A stretch of DNA of 64,000 nt from assembly GCA_012295275.1 (NCBI GenBank), contig CM022672.1:28768001-28832000 (forward strand), written 5' to 3'. The position numbers and the translations under genes were made by a program. Positions 53,417-64,000 of this stretch are shown here, in pieces. The DNA is from Chrysomallon squamiferum (taxonomy: Eukaryota; Animalia; Mollusca). Positions within the stretch are counted from its first letter, which is position 1, and every line of letters starts with the position of its first letter. The notes beneath the pieces are model-generated. The model saw only the letters and a list, made by a program, of their open reading frames with translations, was not told the origin of the DNA and did not search any database.

Positions 53417-56266
53417 GAAAAAAGTTAATCATAGCGTTTTTAAATGAAACTGGTCCGACGACAGGTCTCGTAACAGAATGTTTTTATTTATTTATTTATT
53501 TATGTATTTAAAATGTTTTTTAAATATATATTTATTTCGTTATATTTTTTCTTTTTCTTTTTAGTATTGTTTGGCAATTTGTACTTGTTTACAAAATGCA
53601 TCTAATACTATTTTAAGAATTATTGTATATACTAGAGCTTTCAAGTGTTAGTAATTAAACTGTTAAGTTTAACTTTATGGAACACGATAACCTTAGCCGT
53701 ATCACGTTACATTTTCATGGTTCATTGTATTTTATAAATATCTGCATCAATTGTTTTCTTTGTACCAAAAATTATTAAAATATGAATGTATTGTATGATA
53801 TCGCAATACCTCTGTCTCGAATCGATGTATCGTATCGTATATTGCCGTATCATCACAGCTCTAGTGAATACGATGACACCACCATTAGAGGCAGTTAATT
53901 AGAAGATATTGGTTATCAGTTGTCACATTAATTTTGCTAATACAAAGTCTGGAGAGAAACAGTCATGCTGGGAAGACATAATGTGACATGAAAACTCTTT
54001 ACAATGTTTCAAAGTCGGATTGATAGAAGCTAATGTTATAATATTTAATTATAATCTCAACAAACAATAACCCATTATCAAAATACAGTGAAATATTATT
54101 TAAAATATATCAAAAGCACATCAAATGGTTATCATTTATTTATAAGAATAAATAAATAAATAAATAAATAAATAATAACAATAACAATAACAATAACAAC
54201 AACAATAATAATAATTTGTTGGACTTCAATGAAAAATTAAGTATCACATTCATAGACTGAGACTGAAATCAATGTTTTATGTGCTGTTTTGTCAACATCA
54301 ACCTGTTTGAAATTCAGTTTGGCAAGACACAAAAGTGTTTGAGCAAATGTTACCATTTAAGCACGGTGTAACCTTGTTTTATCTGACAAAAATTGATTTA
54401 ACGTGCAAGTACTTTATGTACTATCAAAACACAAAATTATATTGGAAACAGCTGTAACCACTTCTTATTCTTAGCTTGTTTGGCTTACTTCGAGTATTAG
54501 ACAAAAAATAAACAGTGTGTTTCTGCAATGATTTCATTACTGGTTTTTTTGTTTTGTTTATTAGTCTGCACTAGGAGTCTGAAGAAACCAATCAACTGAT
54601 TTGATTTAATATAATTTCCTTAAAGAATGTTGCCACTATTTTGCAAACACAATATTTAAGATGCTTGTGTGCAAGAGATAACAAGACATGTATAACACAG
54701 AATGTTTTATGCTGAGTTTTAATGTTTCATAATAATAACACTATTAGAAGGAATAAAAACTTTATTTTGAATTACACAGTAGTTCTTGAACTGCCATTCA
54801 CTGTGGCAAAGTGGACATATGCATCACATATTTAGCACTTGACAATGTACAAGTACAAACATGTAGTCAGCTAATTGAAATAATCTGATAAAAACAAAGA
54901 TACCAAATTAACAGTTTCAGTAATGCCATACCAAGTTGATTTGCTCTGAAGTCTTTGAATATAACTATACAGTAAAAAAAAAAAATAATAATATAAATAA
55001 ATAAATAATACTTTAGAAATAAAAGATGACAGAGGAGTTTGCATTTATGTTGCTTGAAGAACTGGCTGTAGACAGATAACAGGTGGTAAAAAGGGGTAAA
55101 TATGTGTTTATTAAAATACAGATCATTGGTGCTCAAAGATTTTTTTTTTTTTTTTTTTTTGATGATAAAATGGATGTTTGTATGTGAGCAGATGTTGGAA
55201 AAGATTTAACTGTATATAACTCAATGCACTTAACTAAACATTGCCAAAAAATAAATAATGACATTTCTAATGTGTGCATTAGTGAAGTGTAAATGAATAT
55301 TTAGCTTCTGGCTGAAATTTGTGCAGTTTTATATGTAAATTAACTTCTGGTACTTAATGCATTTCAGAAATTTACAGTTATTTCCTTGGCTACATATACA
55401 CAGTAAAATACCATGATATAAAAGTAACATTATGCTGATGATGATATGAAAAAAATAAAGAATACATAATATTGCTTAGTAAGTGTACACACACAGACAC
55501 ATGCACACATACACATTTATTTATTTACAGCTAAGTATTTACTCTCTGAATGTTATCTAAAACTCACAACACAAAGATATATATGAGTATGTGGATTTTT
55601 GCATGACAAGATTTAAATAAATATAACTACAAGTAACTAATATTTTATCTAGTATGAAAAATTAACAACAAAAATATCTTTTAAATAACTATTTTCAGAT
55701 GATGTGGAACAGTGAGTTTCTATATTTAACATTATATTTTTAGAACAAACAGTTCACACATAGATTATAAATTAGTTTTATATTTTATTCCTTTCTTTAA
55801 AAACTGTCAAGTCAATAGCTGCTTGTCAACTTTTGTCAGATGAAATTCCTTCTGATTGTTTTGTAATAATGCTGCTAATAAACCTTATAGGATTTATCTG
55901 GTGTTTTATTTTATTTATATTGACAGACATGATTTGATCAATCAAGTGATAACTAGGGATATTTATTTAGCATTGTTTTTCAGTAGTACAGAATGATTTT
56001 ATACTATCAGCTGCCTCTGTAAAAGCCTGGGCTGAATTTATAAATAATTCTACTTTGAATAAAAAGGTTCCATTTTGTTCAGCAGTCTAGGATACAAACA
56101 GTGTCTCAAAATTTTGTTTGGGATCATCTCTGTATTCAATTAATTTACATGGAAACTTGTTATCTTGTAAAAACACATGTAGTAAACAAACAAAGAGACA
56201 TCTCGTCAACAAGACAGTCTAGTTAGGTATAAAATATTTAATTACAATTTCAGTTCAATTTGTCTC

Positions 56267-56626
56267 TCAGTGCCTGTGCAGCTTTCTATGTTTTCCCAGG
56301 CTTTGTGTTGAAGAATAGTTCTTGCCACAGATTTCACATTTTAACATGCCAGCATGTGCTTTTAAATGCCCATCAAGATGATTCTTTTCATAGAAGAACT
56401 TTGGACAGAGATGGCAGGAAAAGAAATCACCTGAATGTTTTCTCTTGTGCCTGTTCAGATTTGGAGCAAAGGATGTCTGGAAAGAACACTGATCACATTT
56501 GTAGCTTTTCTCACTGCTGCTGATAAAACGTCTGCCAGGTCGTGACAGTGGCATTCTGCCAAATTCTAGCAGGTTTGAATCCTGAGCTGATTCTCTTACA
56601 GATATTGCCTGATATGGTCGCCATCT
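56267..56626 (-). CDS. Alternative terminal exon U5: three C2H2 fingers (upstream of the constant region)
   Basis: Acceptor ttacttttcaCAG, phase 0. CDQC..HKRKH, CHLC..HLKAH, CEIC..HRKLH. Confidence 0.89.
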   Translation of the reverse strand, partial: RWRPYQAISVRESAQDSNLLEFGRMPLSRPGRRFISSSEKSYKCDQCSFQTSFAPNLNRHKRKHSGDFFSCHLCPKFFYEKNHLDGHLKAHAGMLKCEICGKNYSSTQSLGKHRKLHRH

Positions 56627-57422
56627 CTGTGAAAAGTAATAAACAACTGACATATTTATTAGCAGTTAATACTATCTACAATTATGTATTTAATTTGTTT
56701 AAAGCATACTTGCATAATCACATTTTTATTTTTGGACTTTATGATGTTCAAAACATATAATACTCTTGTAATGTTAAAAATCTTCATTTTAAGCAAAATA
56801 CATAAAAGCTAAAACTAATAATAAATATAATAATAATAATAAAAAAATGGTATTAATGAAAGTAAATAATAAATAAATAAATAGTAAAATAAAATAAAAT
56901 AAAAATTAAAAAATAGTAAAAAAGAAGACAAAATATTTAAAACATTTTACGACTCGTAAAATGTAAAAATGAATAAAAAAAAGAAGAAACTTGTCATTTA
57001 TATGTAATAAGGAAATAAGAAAAAGTATGTATTTATATATAAATGAAATAAAAATAAATATACAGTACAAAACTAAAATCTTCTGAAAGTCATATGGGAG
57101 AACAATAACAATATCTGAAGTAACACAGACATATTCAGATCAGAAGTAAATGAATTCAGTAATTCAGTGAAATGTTGCTTGTCCTTATAAAAATATTTTT
57201 GGTTTTGGTTTACACTGCTGCACAAAATCAAAAGTTCATTTCAAAGAGGAATAATGTTTTGTACACTGTTGAGCAATCAGTAGAAATTTATATTCTGTTT
57301 CATTATAGTGAAATAAGTACAGGATTTCCTATATGTTAATGTACAGCATAAAATGTTCTCACAAATTAAAAGGTTATTTTAAAAGGTATTATGAATTTTG
57401 TCAAACTTCAGGTTGTTATTTT

Positions 57423-57809
57423 TTAATGTGTTGTCCCAGATGTCATGAGCTGACCCGGATTATTGTGAGTTTTTCTGTGTTTTCCAAGTCCCTGCACTGA
57501 GGAGTAAGTCTTGCCACAGATTTCACAGTTTAAGGTACCAGCATGAGCCTTTAAGTGTCCTTCCAAATGATTCCGTTCATAGAAACCTTTAGAACATAGA
57601 TGACACCGAAACAAATCTCCAGTGTGTTTCCTTTTGTGTCTCATTAAATTTCCAGCAAAACACGACTGAAATGAACACTGATCACATCTGTAAATTTTTT
57701 CTGAGTCATTTATCTCCGCCTGTCTCCTCCGATGTCGTTCATATCTCTGAAAGTTGGACATATCCATAACTCCTCCCTGATTTTCTTCAACAAACGATGT
57801 TGTAATATT
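57423..57809 (-). CDS. Alternative terminal exon U4: three C2H2 fingers
   Basis: Acceptor ttttttttcttgatctctaCAG, phase 0. Open frame NITTSFVEENQGGVMDMS...; close paralog of U5. Confidence 0.89.
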   Translation of the reverse strand, partial: NITTSFVEENQGGVMDMSNFQRYERHRRRQAEINDSEKIYRCDQCSFQSCFAGNLMRHKRKHTGDLFRCHLCSKGFYERNHLEGHLKAHAGTLNCEICGKTYSSVQGLGKHRKTHNNPGQLMTSGTTH

Positions 57810-59177
57810 CTGTAGAGATCAAGAAAAAAAATTTAAGAAATGTGTCTAAATTAACTGTCCTTTCTCTCCATCATCTCTTATGTAAATATTAATAAATATT
57901 AAATATTAATTACAAAAATGAATTATTATTTCATGTTCATCATGACAAAGAATATCAAATGCAAACAAGCAATGTGCCTTTCCTGCCAATTTCATAAGAA
58001 GAAATATTCTGTTGTTAACTGAAATTTTCATTTAAGAATCTTGTGACTCTTTTTAAACTTAAATTTAAAATGGCTTCTATGCAAGAAAACAGAGGTATAG
58101 TGTTAGTGACTGAATATCATTATTACTGTAATGTACAAGGGTACTCTTTGTAACTGTCAATCTTTCAAATGTTTTTACATAAAAAACATATAACAAACCA
58201 AAATAAAAACATCTTGTAGGATACATTCTCATTGACTATTGCCCTTTATTGATATGACATTTATAAATAGATAACTTTTGGAAAAAATAAATTTAAGACT
58301 GTGATGTGCACTGAAATATTGTGTATATCAGAGATACTTGTCAATAATTTACCCTATTAAATGTTGAAACCCTCCATGCCATCTTAATAATTTAAATAAA
58401 AAACAACTTTGTCATATTTTGTAAACATAAAAACTACATCTAAATTAAAGCATAGATATGCAGTTTCTTGTTATAAAAAAGTTACATTTGAATTTTCAAA
58501 TATCACATTCAGGAAGATGTGAAAAAAGCTACTTACATTTTAAAATGACATCATAATAACAAAGAAAAACTAAAGAAAATGGGAAAAACAGATGTTTCTA
58601 CAGCCTGAAGTGACTAAATAGTACTACTACTACTAATAAAAATAAATAAATAAATAAATAAAATAAAACCTTACTATTCAGTAAACAAAATTCAGTGTTT
58701 CACAATTTTATTGAAAAACTTCAAAAATACAAACAGAAACTAAATACAGTTACTTTTAAAGTTATATTCTTTATTTGTTTTAAAGGAATTTTTTTTTAGA
58801 GCAATGCAATTTATACAAAAATCTTTCTTCTAATACAATCATGTTCAGTTAGAGTTACAACAAATTCTAAATTTTGTGTATACTGGAAATAAAACATTGC
58901 AGCACAAATACGAATTGGATAGTTTTGGCCATAACATTTGTTGATTCAAACTAATTGTTTATTCTACTTATAGTTCTTTTTCTCACAAGAACACACTGAT
59001 ATCTTAAAGTACACTCAATCCTGAAGGCTTGTAGTCAGACAAGTGTAATATAAAGCTCATCAGTGAGTCTTGCAACCACTAATGAACAGTGCTTTTTTCT
59101 CAGTGACATGTCCATTTACAAAAAAAACATAAAATACATTTGGGATTTCATGATAATGTGATCAAGACATGAAGAAA

Positions 59178-59507
59178 TTAATTTTTTTTATGGCTTTTAA
59201 CATGTCTAGATAAACCACTAAATGAAGAATAGTTTTGCCCACAAATTTTACACCGAAGCTGGCCTGCATGGGCTTTCAAATGGTATGCTAACTGTGTTTT
59301 GTAGGAGTAATGCCGTGGACATAAGTGACATTGGAAGAAGTCTCCTGTGTGGATTCGCTTGTGGGCGAGAAGATGTGCCTTGTACGCACTCTGATACTTG
59401 CACTGGTCACACTTGAACACGAACCTGTCCTGAGACACATACAAGTATTTTGCTGTCCAGTCATTAGCATGTGAAGCAGTACTTTTGTTCATTTCCCATC
59501 CAGGATC
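59178..59507 (-). CDS. Alternative terminal exon U3: three C2H2 fingers
   Basis: Acceptor ttattttcttCAG, phase 0. CDQC..HKRIH, CHLC..HLKAH, CKIC..HVKSH. Confidence 0.89.
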   Translation of the reverse strand, partial: DPGWEMNKSTASHANDWTAKYLYVSQDRFVFKCDQCKYQSAYKAHLLAHKRIHTGDFFQCHLCPRHYSYKTQLAYHLKAHAGQLRCKICGQNYSSFSGLSRHVKSHKKN

Positions 59508-60312
59508 CTGAAGAAAATAATTAAAATTTACTGTTATTTGTAGATGTGCCTTATCTTCACACGAAACAATGGAAATGTTACAATGAATTGTCTCATTTAT
59601 TAACAGCATTCTGGTGATTTAACACATTCAGTTCCATACATTTTTACAACACTACACAAGTTAGTTTCTTTTTCTGTGTGTATAAAGTTCAACTGTTTCA
59701 CTGTCATAGACATCTTCTATGATGAAATAAAGAATAAAGGAATATGTAATGTATAACTTCCAATAATTTGTATCAGTAATAAAGATAGCCAAAATGCACA
59801 TCCAGTGTGAAATTGTTTAGTTTAACAGGCAATATGAGGTATATAGATTTCATCCATTTAATTTCTAATAAATATGTGTTTTATTTTATTACTTTATTCA
59901 GAAAAAATAATTTTGCAATTATAAAAGAAAACAAAAATTATAACTATTTTATTATAAAAAGAAGGAAACTGAAATGACTTTTTTAAGAGATTGAATTAAC
60001 AACACGTCTTTGTAACATTTTTCATGCAAAGTTTGTTTAGGAAATAAGGACAAATATCTAACACCACTTTTCTTACATTAAAACACTTATTTTGAAATTA
60101 CAATAAAATGGTATATAATACTTTATAAAACATTATAATAAAAAACTGACTATCATTTGTATTCCCGTAAATAAATACAATAATTACATACATCCCAAAA
60201 TTGTTCATTCTATTCCCTCTGAATCCAGCTGTTATATAACAAATCATTTCATTTTTTTTTTTTATCCAACAATAATGAATCTAAAATAACCATACATGAA
60301 GATCTAACATTC

Positions 60313-60684
60313 TCAACAATAGTGCTGCAATCTCTTTTTATGTCTAGCTAAGCCACTGAAGGATGAATACTTCTGTCCACAAGTTCCACATTTCAGCAGT
60401 CCAGCATGAGCTTTCATGTGATACTCCAACTGTCTTCTGATAGAGAACATGCGAGGACAGATGTGACATTTAAAAAACTCTCCAGTGTGTTTCACCATGT
60501 GAGCCTTCAAACTGGAAGCATGGAAAGTCTCAAAGTTACACTGGCTGCACCGTTTTATATCCAAACCTTTGCGATTTCTGTCTCCCAGAGACATTGTTAA
60601 TTGATCTGAATTTGTAACTGATGTCCTTGAATACTGTCCTAATCCAGAGGGCTCAGGAAAAGATGAAGTAACTTGGTATGTATT
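60313..60684 (-). CDS. Alternative terminal exon U2: three C2H2 fingers
   Basis: Acceptor attcttttcttCAG, phase 0. CSQC..HMVKH, CHIC..HMKAH, CGTC..HKKRLQH. Confidence 0.89.
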   Translation of the reverse strand, partial: NTYQVTSSFPEPSGLGQYSRTSVTNSDQLTMSLGDRNRKGLDIKRCSQCNFETFHASSLKAHMVKHTGEFFKCHICPRMFSIRRQLEYHMKAHAGLLKCGTCGQKYSSFSGLARHKKRLQHYC

Positions 60685-63660
60685 CTGAAGAAAAGAATTA
60701 GGCCAAGCTAGTATAATGGACAATTTTGTGAAGAACAAGTCTATGAAAAATAATTAGAAAGAAAATAAATGTGCTTCATTTTATCTGTTAATAATAATAA
60801 TTATATACAGCAAAAATATTTAAAAGGCAGTTTTTTTTTATCACTAGCTCCAATGTATTGAAGATGTTTGGAATGTTTCAATTTAAAAACATTTATTATC
60901 TGATGCTAAGTTCCAAAGTATCTTTAACATCATTTGTTTTGTGAGAAACATGAGATACATTAATTTTCAAAGAAAGACAAAAGTAATAAACATTCAAAGT
61001 AAGGTGTCTTTTGCTAGAAAAAAGTAATTATGTAAACAAGCAGAAATCAGTTGTAGCCTCTAAACAAGAGATTGTTGAGTTGCTGCTTCACAGAAACTAC
61101 CTCACACACACACAAACAAAAACAAAGTAAAAACATCCAGATTCATTGTGAAGGTCAGTAAATTATTTTGCTGGGTCACCAATAAAAACAATAAATAAAA
61201 AAAGTAATAATAATAATAATAATAATAAAGTAAAATTAAATAAATAAAAAAAATTATAACAATAAATTAAGAATACCTATAAAATATTATTACAGGCTGA
61301 AGATCTACTGTTGAAAGGTATTTCACATTGTGAGGAGATAGCCTGAGAATAGGAACACAGAAGTCATTTACATTTTATAAGCAGTTTATACTGATAATCT
61401 GAAGACACACATGTACACACACAATAATAATTTAGTGCAGATATAAAAGTTTGAGTACACTAAACCATCTGAAAGCTGTAAGAAATTAATTATCTAGGAA
61501 ATCATATTTATCTGCAGTTTGTTAGAGTGCAGTATACTGTTCTTGAAGAATACAGTTAAAAAGCAATGATTTCACTATTAGTTTTTTTATTAGGACTCTG
61601 AAGAAACCAGTCAACTGATATAGTTAAATAATTCAGTAACAGCAAAAATCAGATTATATGACCAATTAAAAATCGCTTTATATATTACATAACACACATG
61701 GACACACACATGAAACAAAAGTAAAGTAAATATTAATCAGACAAATTATTATTGCAAATATTTATTTTATTTACTTCAAATCAATCAATAAAACTATTTT
61801 CATGATTAGCAGCATCAAAAATGTACATGAATAACAACAACTTTATCATAGCTGGAAATAAATTCTCATTATTTTTTTTTTTCTCAGTGTTGTGCACAAT
61901 CTAGTCATTTTTTTCCAGTGACATGAACAATGTTTCAATAACAGGTTAACATTATTTAAACTGTCTACTTACTTAGAAATGTAAGTAATAGAATTTAAAA
62001 AAATTACCATTCACAAACAGTAGTAATAGAAAGAAATTAAGTAAAGGCAATCTTTATTAACAAAATAATACTATCTGTACTATCAAACCACAAAATACTA
62101 TTGTATTTCAGAGCAATCAAAGTAACAGGAATGGAAAGAAAAGTGATTTTCTGTTTTTTAAAACAAAATTATTCAGTGAAAATGTATGGAAAAATAAATA
62201 ATCAAACTGGTTATAGTTTAATCAGATTATTTACTTTATTAACAGGGCAAGGAATAACTGAAAACAAACAGTAAGAAAACAGAAGAAAAAACTAAAAAAA
62301 AAAAAAAAAAAAGAAAAAGTAAAATTAATACTGATATATATATATATATATTTTTTTTTTTTTAAACTGTGTTTTCTCCTGTTGATACAAACAGAGATAC
62401 ATTTCACTGTTCTGTAGACCAACATGCACTTCTGACTATACATGCCAGCTATCATTCCAATAACAAAAAAGGGTTCCAGAAGATAAGTTCAGTATTAAGG
62501 GTGTGGTAATAATGGATGTTAGAATTAACAGCAATGGAATGGTCAGTACAGAAAAACTGTATGGTACTTTTAATTAGTGACAATTTAGATTTTATAAAAA
62601 AATTAAATTGAATTAAATTAAATTTAAAAAAAATTCTATATGTTATTATTTAGATTCTGTTGGTTTTGATATTTATTATTATTATTTTTTCAATCAAGAG
62701 ACATTTAAAGAAAGTTCATCTAATGATTGATATTTCCTTTTCCAGTTATTTGTTTTCAAAGAATGTTGATATGTTTGTTTCAAATGTAATAAGTTCTGAT
62801 TTTAACACAGTAAATCTGAGCTGATACTTAATTATTGTTGTGTAATCATACTAGCAATTAGACACAACTGAAATGGGACATCTCTGGTATTAATGAAAAA
62901 TAAATATTTGAATATCTGAATAAGTTTAAATATATTATCAATTCATTTTTTTATTTTTTTTTATTTTTAAACACTTTGGATTATCTATAAAGAAAAACTA
63001 CAGAGAACTTGTATCACAAAAACATTTGTTATTAATTTATTTTTATGCAGATCTCTACATTCATGACAAATTAATAATAATAATCTGTGTTCACATTCAT
63101 GACGGATTCTTTGTTACCTCAGTCCAACTAAACAAATCATACCATAACATCCCACTGTCACAGCAGTGCACAATAAATTTCTGTGAAAACATGCAACAGT
63201 ATTTTCTTAGAATGTGATTTACAAATTTTTACCTCATTTAACTGAAACAAAAAACACATACATCTGCAATGAATAATTCTTCCAGTTTACTTTATTACTA
63301 TTATTCTGTGTACAACAGAACATAATTATGTATGATATGGACTTTCCATCTCTCTTCAGGAAAAAACACACAACAAAATAAATATTTAATCAAATTTAAA
63401 AAAAAAAAAGGATAAAACAAAAATATTAATAAAAAAAGTAATAAAATAAAAATGATAATGATAATGAATTCTTTTCTTGTTCTTCTTGTTTTTTTATTTT
63501 TTTCACTATTTCTTATTATCTTCAAAACTTCTCACAATAATTCATCAAATGTGCCTATGTGTACACCAGTCCAAAAACATATAAACAGTAAGATTTCCCA
63601 AATTTACTGTAATTTTGCACACAAAAAAGTATGTAACTGTGGATATCAGTAAACATTTGC

Positions 63661-64000
63661 TCATGGATGATGATGGTGTTTCCTCTGATGGTATCTCAGT
63701 CCATAATAGGATGAATACTTCTTGTCACACAGCTTGCACTTGAGAATCCCTGCATGTCCCATCAGATGATAGTCCAGATGACTCTTGTCAGAAAACTTGC
63801 TAGTACACAAATGGCAGTGGAGATAATTTCCAGAGTGAACTCGCATGTGTCGTTCTAAATTTGTAGTTTTTATTGTCTGATAGCAACATAAACCACACTT
63901 GTGGATCAACCGCGAGCCCTTTTCTTTGGGGTGTTTCACAAACTCATTATTATCTCCCCAACTGTTCAAAGAATATCCTTCCCTTCCCAATGAACGAATC
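63661..64000 (-). CDS. Alternative terminal exon U1: three C2H2 fingers (5' end beyond window)
   Basis: Frame stays open to the window edge, so the acceptor is not visible. CGLC..HMRVH, CHLC..HLMGH, CKLC..HQRKH. Confidence 0.85.
   Translation of the reverse strand, partial: IRSLGREGYSLNSWGDNNEFVKHPKEKGSRLIHKCGLCCYQTIKTTNLERHMRVHSGNYLHCHLCTSKFSDKSHLDYHLMGHAGILKCKLCDKKYSSYYGLRYHQRKHHHHP

Noticed and set aside
53630-53865. Possible small hAT-like element (tatcgcaata...gtatcgtatcgta...acagctcta)
   Set aside because: Only one plausible end and no target-site duplication found.
835-63990. Treating each zinc-finger ORF as an independent single-exon gene using the ORF-track start codons
   Set aside because: Many listed starts are TTG/GTG or lie in polypyrimidine intron sequence, two units have no start upstream of the fingers, and all have same-phase acceptors just upstream.
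1-64000. CRISPR arrays, tRNA/rRNA genes, prokaryotic operons
   Set aside because: None seen; the sequence is intron-rich eukaryotic DNA with no regularly spaced repeats or recognisable structural RNA genes.

Overview
AT-rich eukaryotic (animal) genomic DNA; a lophotrochozoan/mollusc origin is my guess from the N-terminal domain, not something shown. The window holds 21 separate C2H2/C2HC zinc-finger coding units that look like alternative terminal exons rather than genes. Each of the 20 complete ones starts at a polypyrimidine-CAG splice acceptor and ends in its own stop codon. Ten two-finger exons on the + strand (835-18008; the last has three fingers) all have phase-2 acceptors. Eleven three-finger exons on the - strand all have phase-0 acceptors where visible: six at 27088-42777 and five at 56267-64000, the last cut off by the window edge. 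Between the two - strand groups lies a finger-less 'constant' region (coding exons 47871-47123 and 46861-46539, 349 codons). It carries a conserved-looking non-BTB N-terminal domain and ends in a phase-0 donor that fits every visible - strand finger exon in frame. This is a lola/mod(mdg4)-like constant-plus-variable transcription-factor isoform system built on a different N-terminal domain. Five same-family exons lie upstream of the constant region and the ten phase-2 exons lie on the opposite strand, so these need either neighbouring constant regions outside the window or trans-splicing. The rest is intronic/intergenic DNA with decayed LINE, hAT, Gypsy and Tc1/mariner elements and microsatellites. 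All splicing models are inferred from sequence; there is no transcript evidence.
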